Shown here piece by piece: positions 53,755 to 62,502 of a DNA stretch of 64,000 nt. The translations under genes were made by a program, and so were the position numbers. The stretch is from Planctomycetota bacterium (GTDB lineage Bacteria; Planctomycetota; UBA8108; SXIK01). How positions within the stretch are numbered: the first letter of the stretch is position 1; each line of letters opens with the position of its first letter. Location of the stretch: contig CBDCXR010000004.1 in assembly GCA_965223845.1 (NCBI GenBank), positions 4,448,001 through 4,512,000 on the forward strand. Direction: 5' to 3'. The notes beneath the pieces are model-generated. The model ran no database searches. It worked only from the letters and a program-made list of their open reading frames with translations, and was not told the origin of the DNA.

Positions 53755-54067
53755 GTGAGCGCACCCTCCCGGCTACGGATGGGACCCGCGAAAAAGGGAA
53801 AGCACCCGCGAGGACCGAGGGATCGACTTTCACGACGCCGCCACCGTCTTTGACGACTTTCACACGCGCTACGTCTTCGACCGAGTCGATCCGAAAACCG
53901 GGGAAGACCGGATGCGCGCGATCGGTCGCAGCCACGACGGCACGCTCCTCGTGGTCGCCTTTGCTGATCGCACCGACGACAAGGGCAACGAACTGACTTG
54001 GATCATCTCCGCTCGAGAACCCGAGACGTATGAAAGAAAAGCGTACGAAGAGGATCCCTGGCCATAG
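53755..54067 (+). pseudogene. BrnT-family toxin with a frameshift just after the start codon
   Basis: Frame 53759-54067 reads GYGWDPRKRESTREDRGIDFHDAATVFDD..GEDRMRAIG..LLVVAF..WIISAR..YERKAYE; the GTG at 53755 (RBS GAGAGG) is one base out of frame. Confidence 0.75.
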
Positions 54068-54338
54068 CGTGGTCGACCCCGAGAATCCTCCGCTCACGCC
54101 GGAACAGCTTCGGCACATTCGGAAGGGCGTCCCAAACGTTCGAGCGATCCGGCGACGACTCAAGATGACGCAGGAGCAGTTCGCCGGTGCCTTCGGGTTC
54201 TCACTGAACTCGATCCGTGACTGGGAGCAGGGACGCCACGCTCCGGACAAGAACACGCTCGCGTATCTGCATACAATCGCGCTCAAGCCCGAAGAAGTTT
54301 TGAGAATCCGCCGAGAGGCCCGTCTGGCACCGGCCTAA
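54030..54338 (+). CDS. Antitoxin, XRE/HigA-like HTH
   Basis: DPENPPLT leader, VRAIRRRLKMTQEQFA..SIRDWEQGR..P; overlaps the toxin frame. Confidence 0.85.
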   Translation: MKEKRTKRIPGHSVVDPENPPLTPEQLRHIRKGVPNVRAIRRRLKMTQEQFAGAFGFSLNSIRDWEQGRHAPDKNTLAYLHTIALKPEEVLRIRREARLAPA

Positions 54339-54372
54339 CAGCCCGTTGAAGAATTGCTTCTTCAACGGGCTG
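54339..54372. terminator. Perfect 15-bp inverted repeat between convergent genes
   Basis: CAGCCCGTTGAAGAA-TTGC-TTCTTCAACGGGCTG. Confidence 0.55.
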
Positions 54373-54458
54373 CCAAGCTCGACGAAAACGGGAGCGACCT
54401 CCGAGTCTCGAAGATCGCTCCCGTCTGTTTTTCGACACCCCACGGCTGCTTCAGCCGT

Positions 54459-54776
54459 TCAGCGCCTCAACAGCTTGAGTCCAAGCTCGCCGGCGATCTG
54501 ACGAATCGCGGCCTTGAGAGGCTGCCCGTTTCCGGACCGAACGTCTTCCATGCCGCGCTCGAGTGCCACGAGGTTTTCGGCAAGCGCGACGGCATCGTCG
54601 TCTCCTACACCTGCGTCCTTGCTCTTCAGTTCCTGCACGAGACGCCGCAGAACCTCGCCCTGCACGGCGTCGTCCACGAAGGCCGAGAGGTCGCCCTTCT
54701 TCATTCCCGTGCGGGAAAGGAATACGCGAACCAGGTGGTCGGTCTCGTCCGGGATGGTGACATTCCACTTCGGCAT
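54459..54776 (-). CDS. Ribbon-helix-helix domain protein (XACb0070-like), possible orphan antitoxin
   Basis: KWNVTIPDETDHLVRVFLSRTGMKKGDLSAFVDDAV; tail LERGMEDVRSG resembles antitoxins. Confidence 0.7.
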   Translation of the reverse strand: MPKWNVTIPDETDHLVRVFLSRTGMKKGDLSAFVDDAVQGEVLRRLVQELKSKDAGVGDDDAVALAENLVALERGMEDVRSGNGQPLKAAIRQIAGELGLKLLRR

Positions 54777-54861
54777 CTGAGCTGTTCTGCGAGGGCCACA
54801 AGAGGTACCGTCCTCCCGCCGGGCAGGCAACCGGACCCAGCGGTCTTCGGCTTTCGCACCG

Positions 54862-56760
54862 TCACTCTGGTCGAGGCGTTCCCCCCTTAGAGGGCATCGG
54901 CTCCTTGGCCGGATGTCCGAGAAAGAACGAAGGATGCGGAGGCTTGTTGTACACGACGTTCTGCCAAACAAGCGCGAGTCGATACTGCCGGTCGTGAAGA
55001 AGAGTCGGCAGGCGGTACTCCGTCGGCAGATCTGTCGTGTACAGCCGGAGGGATCGACCGTCCGGCGCTGCCACGATCACTTCCTCGCGCCAATCTCCTA
55101 AGAGATCGCCGGCGAGGCTTGGATTTCGCGAACGACGCGGACCGTCGAGCTCGAAGATCGTCTCCTCGGTGCCGCGAGTCCAGTTCCACTTCGTGATGCG
55201 GTTTTGGTTGAGGAGCTCGCGGAGCAAGTCTCCGTCCCACCAGATCGCCCAGCTCGCTGAACGAGGCGCCGGTCCGATCTTGTTTCCGTTCGCGCTTCTG
55301 AGTCCGCCCGGACCACCCCACGCTTCGCAGCCCGCGTAGCGCGGATCGATGTCCGCCGCGAGACCGGCGCCGACGTCGACCCCTGGGCTGTGACTCCAAA
55401 TGATCTCGCCGCTTCGCGCGTCGCGCATCGCCGCCCCCGGCGTTCGGAAACGCACGGTGTCGCGTTCGTTTTCTTGCACCGTGAACACCTCGAGGCCCGA
55501 TCGGGCCGGATCGAGATCGCCGACGTGCATCGCATCGCCGTGCCGGAGGCCGGAGGAATAGAGCCCCTTCCCGTCATCGTCGATCACCATCGCCTGATAG
55601 ACGATCTCATCCTTTCCGTCCGCGTCGACATCGGCGACCGCGAGGGAGTGGCCTCCCATGCCTGAGTACGGGGACGCATCTTCGTAAGGCGGGTAACTCG
55701 TTCCGGAATCGAACTTCCAACGTCGACTCAGCTTTCCGCCTCGCCAGTCCCACGCGACGAGGACCGTTCGCCCGTAGACACCCCGACACATCACGACGCT
55801 CGGCCGCGTTCCGTCGAGGTACGCGACACACGCGAGAAAGCGGTCGCAGCGGTTCCCGTACGAATCGTTTCCGCCGTTTCCTCCGATCCCGCCCCAGCCG
55901 TCGATCGGGTCGCGACTCGGCTCGTAATCGACGGTCGCGAGCGCCGCTCCCGACACGCCGTCGAAGATCGTGAAAAACTCGGGCCCGGCGAGCACACGGC
56001 CGTAGGACTTCGAAGTCTTGTCGAGCGTGCGCCAGTCCTTCCCCGATTCGCCGATCGTCTTTCCTCGACCGTCGATCGTTCCGTCCGCGGTCTTACACGC
56101 GACCTCCGCGCGGCCATCGCCGTCGAGATCGTAGGCCATGAACTGCGTGTAGTGCTCACCCTCGCGGATGTTGATGCCGAGATCGATGCGCCAGAGCCTC
56201 GTTCCATCGAGCTCGTAGGCATCGAGGATCGGCGTTCCGGTGACACCCCCATGGGCGTTGTCGCGCGGGCGCGAGACTTGGTGAAGAACGATCTCGAACT
56301 CACCGTCGCCGTCGAGATCGGCGATCGAGGCGTCGCCGGGGCGATACTCGGGAATGGGTTCGATGGGAATCTCGAGCGCGCTTGAGCTCCACGCTCGCGC
56401 GGAACGCGAAGACTCGAGCTCCACGCCGCCCGAAACGGGACGGACGAAGTACTCGAGTTCCTTTCGAGTGTCCGCGGTTCGATCAACGAAGTTCGTCGAC
56501 TCTGCGATCGCCTCCGACGTGATCCGCTTCGCCTCGCCGCCCGCGCTCCGCCGGTAGACGTGGAACGCGGTCGACTCAGGATCCGTCGCGAAGAGTCGCC
56601 ATCCGACGTACACACTCCCGTCGGCGCGCTTCACGGCGACGACTCCGCGCGTGAGCTTTTCCGACGGCGTGCGTTCTTCGCCGTGGAGTGAGGTCCACGC
56701 GATCGCGAGTGGGAAGGCCCACGCGAGCACCGCGGCTCGGTGAGTGTTCCGTGCGCTGGT
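54862..56760 (-). CDS. Rhamnogalacturonan lyase (PL11, YesW/YesX-like); start uncertain
   Basis: RGVVAV..YVGWRL, DLDGDGEFE, LGINIREGEHYTQFMAYDLDGDG, HGDAMH, GDWREE and YNKPPHPSF motifs. Confidence 0.9.
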   Translation of the reverse strand, partial: TSARNTHRAAVLAWAFPLAIAWTSLHGEERTPSEKLTRGVVAVKRADGSVYVGWRLFATDPESTAFHVYRRSAGGEAKRITSEAIAESTNFVDRTADTRKELEYFVRPVSGGVELESSRSARAWSSSALEIPIEPIPEYRPGDASIADLDGDGEFEIVLHQVSRPRDNAHGGVTGTPILDAYELDGTRLWRIDLGINIREGEHYTQFMAYDLDGDGRAEVACKTADGTIDGRGKTIGESGKDWRTLDKTSKSYGRVLAGPEFFTIFDGVSGAALATVDYEPSRDPIDGWGGIGGNGGNDSYGNRCDRFLACVAYLDGTRPSVVMCRGVYGRTVLVAWDWRGGKLSRRWKFDSGTSYPPYEDASPYSGMGGHSLAVADVDADGKDEIVYQAMVIDDDGKGLYSSGLRHGDAMHVGDLDPARSGLEVFTVQENERDTVRFRTPGAAMRDARSGEIIWSHSPGVDVGAGLAADIDPRYAGCEAWGGPGGLRSANGNKIGPAPRSASWAIWWDGDLLRELLNQNRITKWNWTRGTEETIFELDGPRRSRNPSLAGDLLGDWREEVIVAAPDGRSLRLYTTDLPTEYRLPTLLHDRQYRLALVWQNVVYNKPPHPSFFLGHPAKEPMPSKGGTPRPE

Positions 56761-56781
56761 GGAGGCCTGGAGCCTTGTTCG

Positions 56782-56870
56782 GAAGAGGTTTACCACGAAG
56801 AACACGAAGGTCACGAAGGAAGAGTAATGGGAACGGGAATAAGAATGAGAATGAGAATGGGAACGAGGAG
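56782..56870 (+). repeat. Repeat family A copy 4 joined to a degenerate family B hexamer tract
   Basis: GAAGAGGTTTACCACGAAGAACACGAAGGTCACGAAGGAAGAG then GGGAAC GGGAAT AAGAAT GAGAAT GAGAAT GGGAAC. Confidence 0.7.
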
Positions 56871-56948
56871 AGGATAACCTCGAGCCCGACTTGTGAGTGA
56901 AACCCTCCCTCCGCGTTTCCGGTGACGCAAAATCACCGGGTGACGATG

Positions 56949-56980
56949 AAGCGGGTCGCGCTTGCGCGGCCCGCTTTTTT
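56949..56980. terminator. GC hairpin with T tract (terminator or REP-like)
   Basis: AAGCGGGTCGCG-CTTG-CGCGGCCCGCTTTTTT, just downstream of the rtcA-like stop. Confidence 0.5.
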
Positions 56981-56993
56981 CCATCTCCTGCGA

Positions 56994-57760
56994 TCACGTC
57001 TCTACATGGACGTGCTGTGCGCCGTCCGCGGATTCCGCGCGCACACGGGCGTTGAGGAACTTCTCGATGAGGTCGATCTGAGTCTTCGCCTGCGGGCTGA
57101 GCCCCATCGACGACACGCTGCCTCCGCCGGCGATCGCCAGCGGCAGAAGGATCTGCTCGGTCAGAAACTCTGCGGCGACCGCCGTCGATTTCCGGTAGCG
57201 CTGATACTCGTTCACAGCGTGCTTGGCGACGCTCTCGGCCGGGCGGGCGACCTCGCCGAAGGCGGTGAATACCTCCGTGACGTTTTCGCTCTCGACTTCC
57301 AGCATGAGGACGTTTCCAGGGCCGCGCGAGTTCTCGACCTCCACCAGGTCGCAGCTCGATTCCGGCCAGCCCAGCCGACGGCGAACGAACTGAAACTCAC
57401 GCCGAGCCACGTGATCGGGGAGGTTCGCCACGACGGCGACGGCCCGCACCGATTTCGTCGTGCCCCGTTCGATGAGCTCGATCCCGTCGAGGCGCTCGGT
57501 CGGCTCGATCTGAGCCACGATCCGTCCGCCGCCGGCGGGATGAAATCCGTAACGCTCGAGCTCGACCGTGACGTTCGGACCCATGCGCGAAACGAGAGGC
57601 AGATAGGAGCGCGCGAGGAAATCGAACGGCGGGGCCATAGGGTTGTGCGTGCCCCCTTCGAGGACGAGCCGGGACGGGCCCGAGGCGGCGAGGAGTGCCG
57701 GCAGGACCGTCTGCAAGACCAGCGTCGTGCTTTCCGCCGCGCCGACCGAGGGAAACGCCG
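56994..57760 (-). pseudogene. rtcA: RNA 3'-terminal phosphate cyclase homolog, N-terminally truncated and degenerate
   Basis: STTLVLQTVLPAL, GGTHNPMAPPFDFL, RYGFHPAGGG, HVARRE and GPGNV motifs; GEGGGQ N-terminus absent; the catalytic H..TN segment reads QAKTQ. Confidence 0.75.
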
Positions 57761-57921
57761 CGGCTGATTCTTGAGCCCATCTCGAAGCGCCGGAACGAGC
57801 GATTCTCGATCCGACGCTAGCCCGGAGCGAGAATTCGGAAGAATTCACCCACGGGACCGCGGGAGAGGGACGGTACACTGCGGGAACACGGTTCTCATCC
57901 GCGTAGGGCGGGAGTTTCTCC

Positions 57922-59544
57922 ATGAACGTTCGAAGAATCTTCAGTCACCACACCGAGGTTTTCGTGTCTCTCGTTCGCTCCGGCGCGGTTCGGTCGACGC
58001 TCCTCCTCGCCCTCCTCGGAACGCTTCTCTCAGCGACCGCCCACGCCGTCGATCCCGATCCGTACCCGGTTCCTCCCGGTCTCGAACCCGGCGACCACTA
58101 TCACATCATATTCACGACGAGCACGAATCGAGATGCGTGGTCGAGCGACGCGGCCGATTACGACGCTCACGTGCTAGCCGCGGCGAACTCGGCGGGAATC
58201 GGCGACGAGCTCGGCATCGGTTGGACCGCGCTCGTCTCCGTCGGCGACGAGACAGCTCCGCAACACCACGCGCGCGATCGCGTGTCGCTCGGCGCCAACG
58301 TCCCCGTGTACAACACGCGATTGGAACTCGTTGCTACGGGGTTCGCCGACCTCTGGGACGGATCTCTCCAGAACCCGCTCAACTCGGACGAACACGGGCG
58401 CATGGTCGGCGGAGACAGCTGGACGGGCTCGAACGCGGACGGAACGGCCGACGAGGTCGACTACCTCGGATCGAGCAGCCCGGTCGCGTGGTGCGGACAA
58501 GCCTCGGCGATCGACGAGCGATGGATTCGCAACGTGACGCCCGGGAAGGGCGCCGGACTTCACGTCATCGCGATGTCGGAAGAGCTCACGGTTCCCGAAC
58601 CCTCCGAGGTCGAGATGGTGACGATATCCGGTGCGGACGGGAGCTACCAGCAGAGCTTCGACGAGGCGCTCGGAATGGACGCGAATCTGAATCGTTCGCT
58701 CCCCCTGGGCTGGAGCGTGACCGCGGGGGACTTCCTCGCGTGTTCGACGACGCAAAACTTCCCTGCGAGCTTCTTCGCTGCTACTGGCGTCTTCAACGCG
58801 GGCGAACCTGGATCCACCGATCGCACCGTCGCCATTCTCGGGTCGTCGAGTGAAGACACGACGATCGCGTTCGAGGCAGAAGTCAAGGATTCGGCTGGGC
58901 GATACGCGAATCTCTCTTTCGACGTCGAAGCGTGGGATGCGATCTCCACGGCCATGACGCCGGGGGAAGCGTCCGTGCGAGTCTTCGTCGACGTTGGCAC
59001 CGCGGGTGACTACACGCAAGTCGCGGATCTCGGGACCGTGACGACGGGGACCTCGCTCCTCCCACCGGAAGGGGACTACCTCAGCGGCAACGTCGAAGAC
59101 CACCGCACGTCGGTCGAGAGTGTCTCGGTCGAGATCGACGCCCCCGTGGGATCGCAGGTGCGCGTCCGGTGGGTCGCCGAAGCGAGCCCGACGATCGCCG
59201 GATGGATCTTCGGGATCGACAACTTCGCGATCAGCTGCTCCGACCGAGCGCCCGCTCCGACATTCCGCCGCGGGGATGGGAACAGCGACGGAGCCGTGAA
59301 CATCTCCGACGTCCTCTTCACGCTGAACTTTTTGTTCTCCGACTTCGGCGAGCCGATGTGCGACGACGCGCTCGACGCAAACAACGACGGGCTCGTCAAT
59401 ATCTCCGACGCGCTTGCGACGATCGGGTTCCTCTTCTTGAGTGACGTCACAGAGCTCCCCCCGCCGGGAGTGTCCGCGTGCGGAGTCGACCCGAGCGAAG
59501 ACGACGACGTGCTCGGCTGCGCCGCGAGTCCGACTTGCGAATGA
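57922..59544 (+). CDS. Secreted multidomain protein with C-terminal dockerin-like domain
   Basis: Signal peptide; PPGLEPGDHYHIIFTTS..DA.SSD..DYD domain; FRRGDGNSDGAVNISD..DANNDGLVNISD..CGVDP; true start may be a later GTG. Confidence 0.75.
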   Translation: MNVRRIFSHHTEVFVSLVRSGAVRSTLLLALLGTLLSATAHAVDPDPYPVPPGLEPGDHYHIIFTTSTNRDAWSSDAADYDAHVLAAANSAGIGDELGIGWTALVSVGDETAPQHHARDRVSLGANVPVYNTRLELVATGFADLWDGSLQNPLNSDEHGRMVGGDSWTGSNADGTADEVDYLGSSSPVAWCGQASAIDERWIRNVTPGKGAGLHVIAMSEELTVPEPSEVEMVTISGADGSYQQSFDEALGMDANLNRSLPLGWSVTAGDFLACSTTQNFPASFFAATGVFNAGEPGSTDRTVAILGSSSEDTTIAFEAEVKDSAGRYANLSFDVEAWDAISTAMTPGEASVRVFVDVGTAGDYTQVADLGTVTTGTSLLPPEGDYLSGNVEDHRTSVESVSVEIDAPVGSQVRVRWVAEASPTIAGWIFGIDNFAISCSDRAPAPTFRRGDGNSDGAVNISDVLFTLNFLFSDFGEPMCDDALDANNDGLVNISDALATIGFLFLSDVTELPPPGVSACGVDPSEDDDVLGCAASPTCE

Positions 59545-59594
59545 GTCTCTCAGCCCGGAACGCCGGTGCGCGAGGATCACTGGAGACAAAGAAC

Positions 59595-59622
59595 CGGGTC
59601 GCGGTCTAGCGCGGCCCGCTTT
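59595..59622. repeat. Second copy of the 56949 hairpin
   Basis: CGGGTCGCG-GTCTAG-CGCGGCCCGCTTT. Confidence 0.45.
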
Positions 59623-59768
59623 GCGTCATGATTCGATCGCGCGGTCGTCGGTTCGTCGCGGTGACGCGCCCCCCACTCCTTCCTCCAAGCGAGCAGCACG
59701 ATGCGAGAAACCGGATGGGACTGTTCGGCGCGCCCGCTTCCTTCGCAGCTCAGAAAACGAGGCCATCG

Positions 59769-60431
59769 ATGATCTCCTCGCCGATGTTTCTTTCTGTCGC
59801 CGTTCGAGCTCGAATTGCCGTTCTTGTCGCGCTTTTCGCGTCGATCGGATTCGGCTGCCGCTTCGGCGGCGAACGGCCAGCGACGATCCCAGACGGCTGG
59901 GTCGCCGTCCTCGATTCCGAGTGGACGGTCAGTGCAGACGGCACGATCGCGTCCGACCAAGATCCCGGCGGCCGTCTCGCCGGCGAGAGCTGGCTCCTCA
60001 CGGAGAAGGACTACGAGGACTTCGAGCTCTCTCTCGAGTTTCGCATTCCCGCCGGTGGAAACAGCGGCGTGTTCTTTCGTGACCCGGTTTCCCGTGCCGA
60101 ACGGCTGGCGGCGGCGAACGGCGGCTCGCCTCCCTGGGAGGCCGGGTACGAGGTGAACATCAACGGCGACGAGCCCAACTACCCGACCGGATCGGTCTGG
60201 GCAACGGCGAAGGGCACGCCGGGGTTGCAGCGAGACGATGAGTGGAACACTCTCGAGGTGCGCGTCGTCGGCCAGAGAATCTGGACGACGGTCAACGGAA
60301 CGGTCGCCCTCGACGGCGCCGAGCTGCCGGCGCGATCAGAGCGGGGAGCGATCGGCTTTCAGCGCCACGGCGGCGAGGCTTATCGTGACAAGCGGATCGA
60401 GTTCCGGAGAGTCGAAATCCGCGAACTGTGA
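59769..60431 (+). CDS. DUF1080 (3-keto-disaccharide hydrolase family) protein
   Basis: LLTEKDYEDFELSLEF, GNSGVFFR, GYEVNI, EWNTLEV, GAIGFQ.HG and IEFR motifs; start approximate. Confidence 0.9.
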   Translation: MISSPMFLSVAVRARIAVLVALFASIGFGCRFGGERPATIPDGWVAVLDSEWTVSADGTIASDQDPGGRLAGESWLLTEKDYEDFELSLEFRIPAGGNSGVFFRDPVSRAERLAAANGGSPPWEAGYEVNINGDEPNYPTGSVWATAKGTPGLQRDDEWNTLEVRVVGQRIWTTVNGTVALDGAELPARSERGAIGFQRHGGEAYRDKRIEFRRVEIREL

Positions 60432-60477
60432 AGCGGGCGCGGGTCACGCGCTCTCAACACCGAACTCGGGGGAACCG

Positions 60478-62463
60478 ATGGATGTCGTCGTACGATCACG
60501 CGCCGCGCTCTGCGTCCCGGTCTTCGTAGCGCTCGTTGCGGCGCCTCTCACTGCCCAGCCTTACGGCGAGCCCGATCGGGATTCACCCGGCGACGCGATG
60601 ATCCAGGCATGGCTCGCGGCGCGCGCAAAGGCGATCGACGCTGAGTTCCTCGCCGAGATCGAATCGGCAACGGATTGGACGGCGGCGCGCCCGCGGTATC
60701 TCGAAGAGTACCGCTCGATGCTCGGCCTTCCTCGCGAACGAGTCTCGACGCCGCTTCATGCGACCGTCACCGGGCGCGTCGAAGGCGACGGCTACGTCGT
60801 CGAGCTGCTCCACTACCAGAGCCGACCGCGACTCTATGTTACGGCCAACCTCTACCGCCCCGCGGTGGTCGAACCCGGCTCTCGCCTGCCCGCGATCCTC
60901 TACGTGTGCGGACATTCGCCGCGCGGACGGAACGGGAACAAGACGGCGTATCAGTCGTGGGGCATCTGGTTCGCTCGACACGGCTACGTGTGCCTCATGG
61001 TCGATACCCTTCAACTCGGAGAGATCGCGGCGATCCATCATGGGACATACCGCGAAGAGCGGTGGTGGTGGCATTCGCGCGGATACACGTCGGCCGGCGT
61101 CGAGTGCCTCAATGGGATCCGCGGGATCGATTACCTAGTGAGCCGCGCGGATGTCGATCCCGAACGGATCGGCGTGACCGGCATCAGCGGAGGTGGCGCA
61201 GCTACCTTTTGGGTCGCAGCGGCCGACGAGCGGGTCAAAGTCGCCGCACCGGTGAGCGGCATGGCCGACCTCGAGTCGTACGTCGGGAACCGCGTGATCA
61301 ACGGGCACTGCGACTGCATGTTCCTCCACAACACCCATCGCTGGCCGTGGACGCGGATCGCCGCGATGATCGCACCCCGGCCGCTACTCTTTGTGAACAG
61401 CGACGCCGATCCGATCTTTCCCATGGACGCGAACGAACGCGTCATCGCGCGTCTCGAGCGCCTCTACGCGCTCTTCGGCGCCGGCGACCTCGTCGACAGT
61501 GTGGTCAGCATTGGCGGGCACGCGTACCGAACGGACATCCGTCGAGCGGTGTATCGCTTCTTGAATCTCCACCTGAAGGACGATTCACGGCCCGTCACCG
61601 ATTCGGAGGTCGATCTCGTCACCGGGAACGATCATCCGATCCCGCCCGAGCGCCTGCGGGTCTTTCGAACGGACGCGGACATTCCGGCGGACGAGCTCAA
61701 TACAAAGATCGATGCGCACTTCGTCGAGCTCGCGTCGCCTGATCAACCGCTTCCCGAGAGTCTCGACGCGTTTCGTCGGTGGCAAAGCGAGCGACTCGAA
61801 CGGCTTCGCGCCATCGATCGCCGCCGCGAACCCGGTCGAACGCTCGCCCGACTCGAGGGCGAGCGACTCGAGACGGAGCCGGGGGTTGGGGTGGTTCTTC
61901 GTCGACTCAGAGTCGCCCCCGAGAAGAAACGTCACATCCTCGTCGTCGGCTCGAGCCTGGACGCGGACCTCGACTGGCTGGGTGACGAAGTCGGTGACGA
62001 CGCCGAAGTCTGGCTCGTCGAGCCGCGCGGGATCGGCTCGACGCGCTGGACGCGGAACAACCCACCGAATTACGTCGAACGGTCTCACGTCCTCGTCGGC
62101 ACGACCGTCGACGCGAGCAGACTCCTCGACGTCTTTGCGGCGATCGACGCGATCGAGCTCCGTCTTCCGATCCAGCCACCCATCACCGTCGCCGGTCGCG
62201 GGTCGAACGGTCTCCTCGCGGCCTACGCGGCCGCGCTGTCTCGAACCATCGACCGCGTGGTGGTCGCCGACATTCCACTCTCTCACCGGGCGAGCGGCGC
62301 CCCGCAGTTCCTGGACTCCCTTCGAGTCGGCGATGTGCCGGAGATCCTCGGACTCATCGCACCGCGTCCGCTCGTCGTTCACGACGGGAACGAAACGGAG
62401 TTCGCACGAACGATTGAGCTCTACACCGCCGCGGGCGCGAGAGATCGGATCGGGATCCGCTGA
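60478..62463 (+). CDS. Alpha/beta hydrolase (acetylxylan esterase/dienelactone hydrolase-like) with degenerate second hydrolase domain
   Basis: VTANLYRP, LYVCGH, IGVTGISGGG nucleophile elbow, HCDC and IAPRPLL..D motifs; signal peptide. Confidence 0.85.
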   Translation: MDVVVRSRAALCVPVFVALVAAPLTAQPYGEPDRDSPGDAMIQAWLAARAKAIDAEFLAEIESATDWTAARPRYLEEYRSMLGLPRERVSTPLHATVTGRVEGDGYVVELLHYQSRPRLYVTANLYRPAVVEPGSRLPAILYVCGHSPRGRNGNKTAYQSWGIWFARHGYVCLMVDTLQLGEIAAIHHGTYREERWWWHSRGYTSAGVECLNGIRGIDYLVSRADVDPERIGVTGISGGGAATFWVAAADERVKVAAPVSGMADLESYVGNRVINGHCDCMFLHNTHRWPWTRIAAMIAPRPLLFVNSDADPIFPMDANERVIARLERLYALFGAGDLVDSVVSIGGHAYRTDIRRAVYRFLNLHLKDDSRPVTDSEVDLVTGNDHPIPPERLRVFRTDADIPADELNTKIDAHFVELASPDQPLPESLDAFRRWQSERLERLRAIDRRREPGRTLARLEGERLETEPGVGVVLRRLRVAPEKKRHILVVGSSLDADLDWLGDEVGDDAEVWLVEPRGIGSTRWTRNNPPNYVERSHVLVGTTVDASRLLDVFAAIDAIELRLPIQPPITVAGRGSNGLLAAYAAALSRTIDRVVVADIPLSHRASGAPQFLDSLRVGDVPEILGLIAPRPLVVHDGNETEFARTIELYTAAGARDRIGIR

Positions 62464-62502
62464 GCCGGCACGATGTTCACTGGGGCGGAAACGCGTCCCC
62501 GG

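Noticed and set aside
1801-56870. CRISPR array from the recurring repeats
   Set aside because: Copies are dispersed and degenerate with no repeat-spacer periodicity; no cas genes are present
23231-59589. Long antisense or alternate-frame ORFs (e.g. 23231-24928, 33232-35094, 35340-36737, 47100-48536, 58174-59589)
   Set aside because: They shadow well-supported genes, lack motifs, and are expected in high-GC DNA
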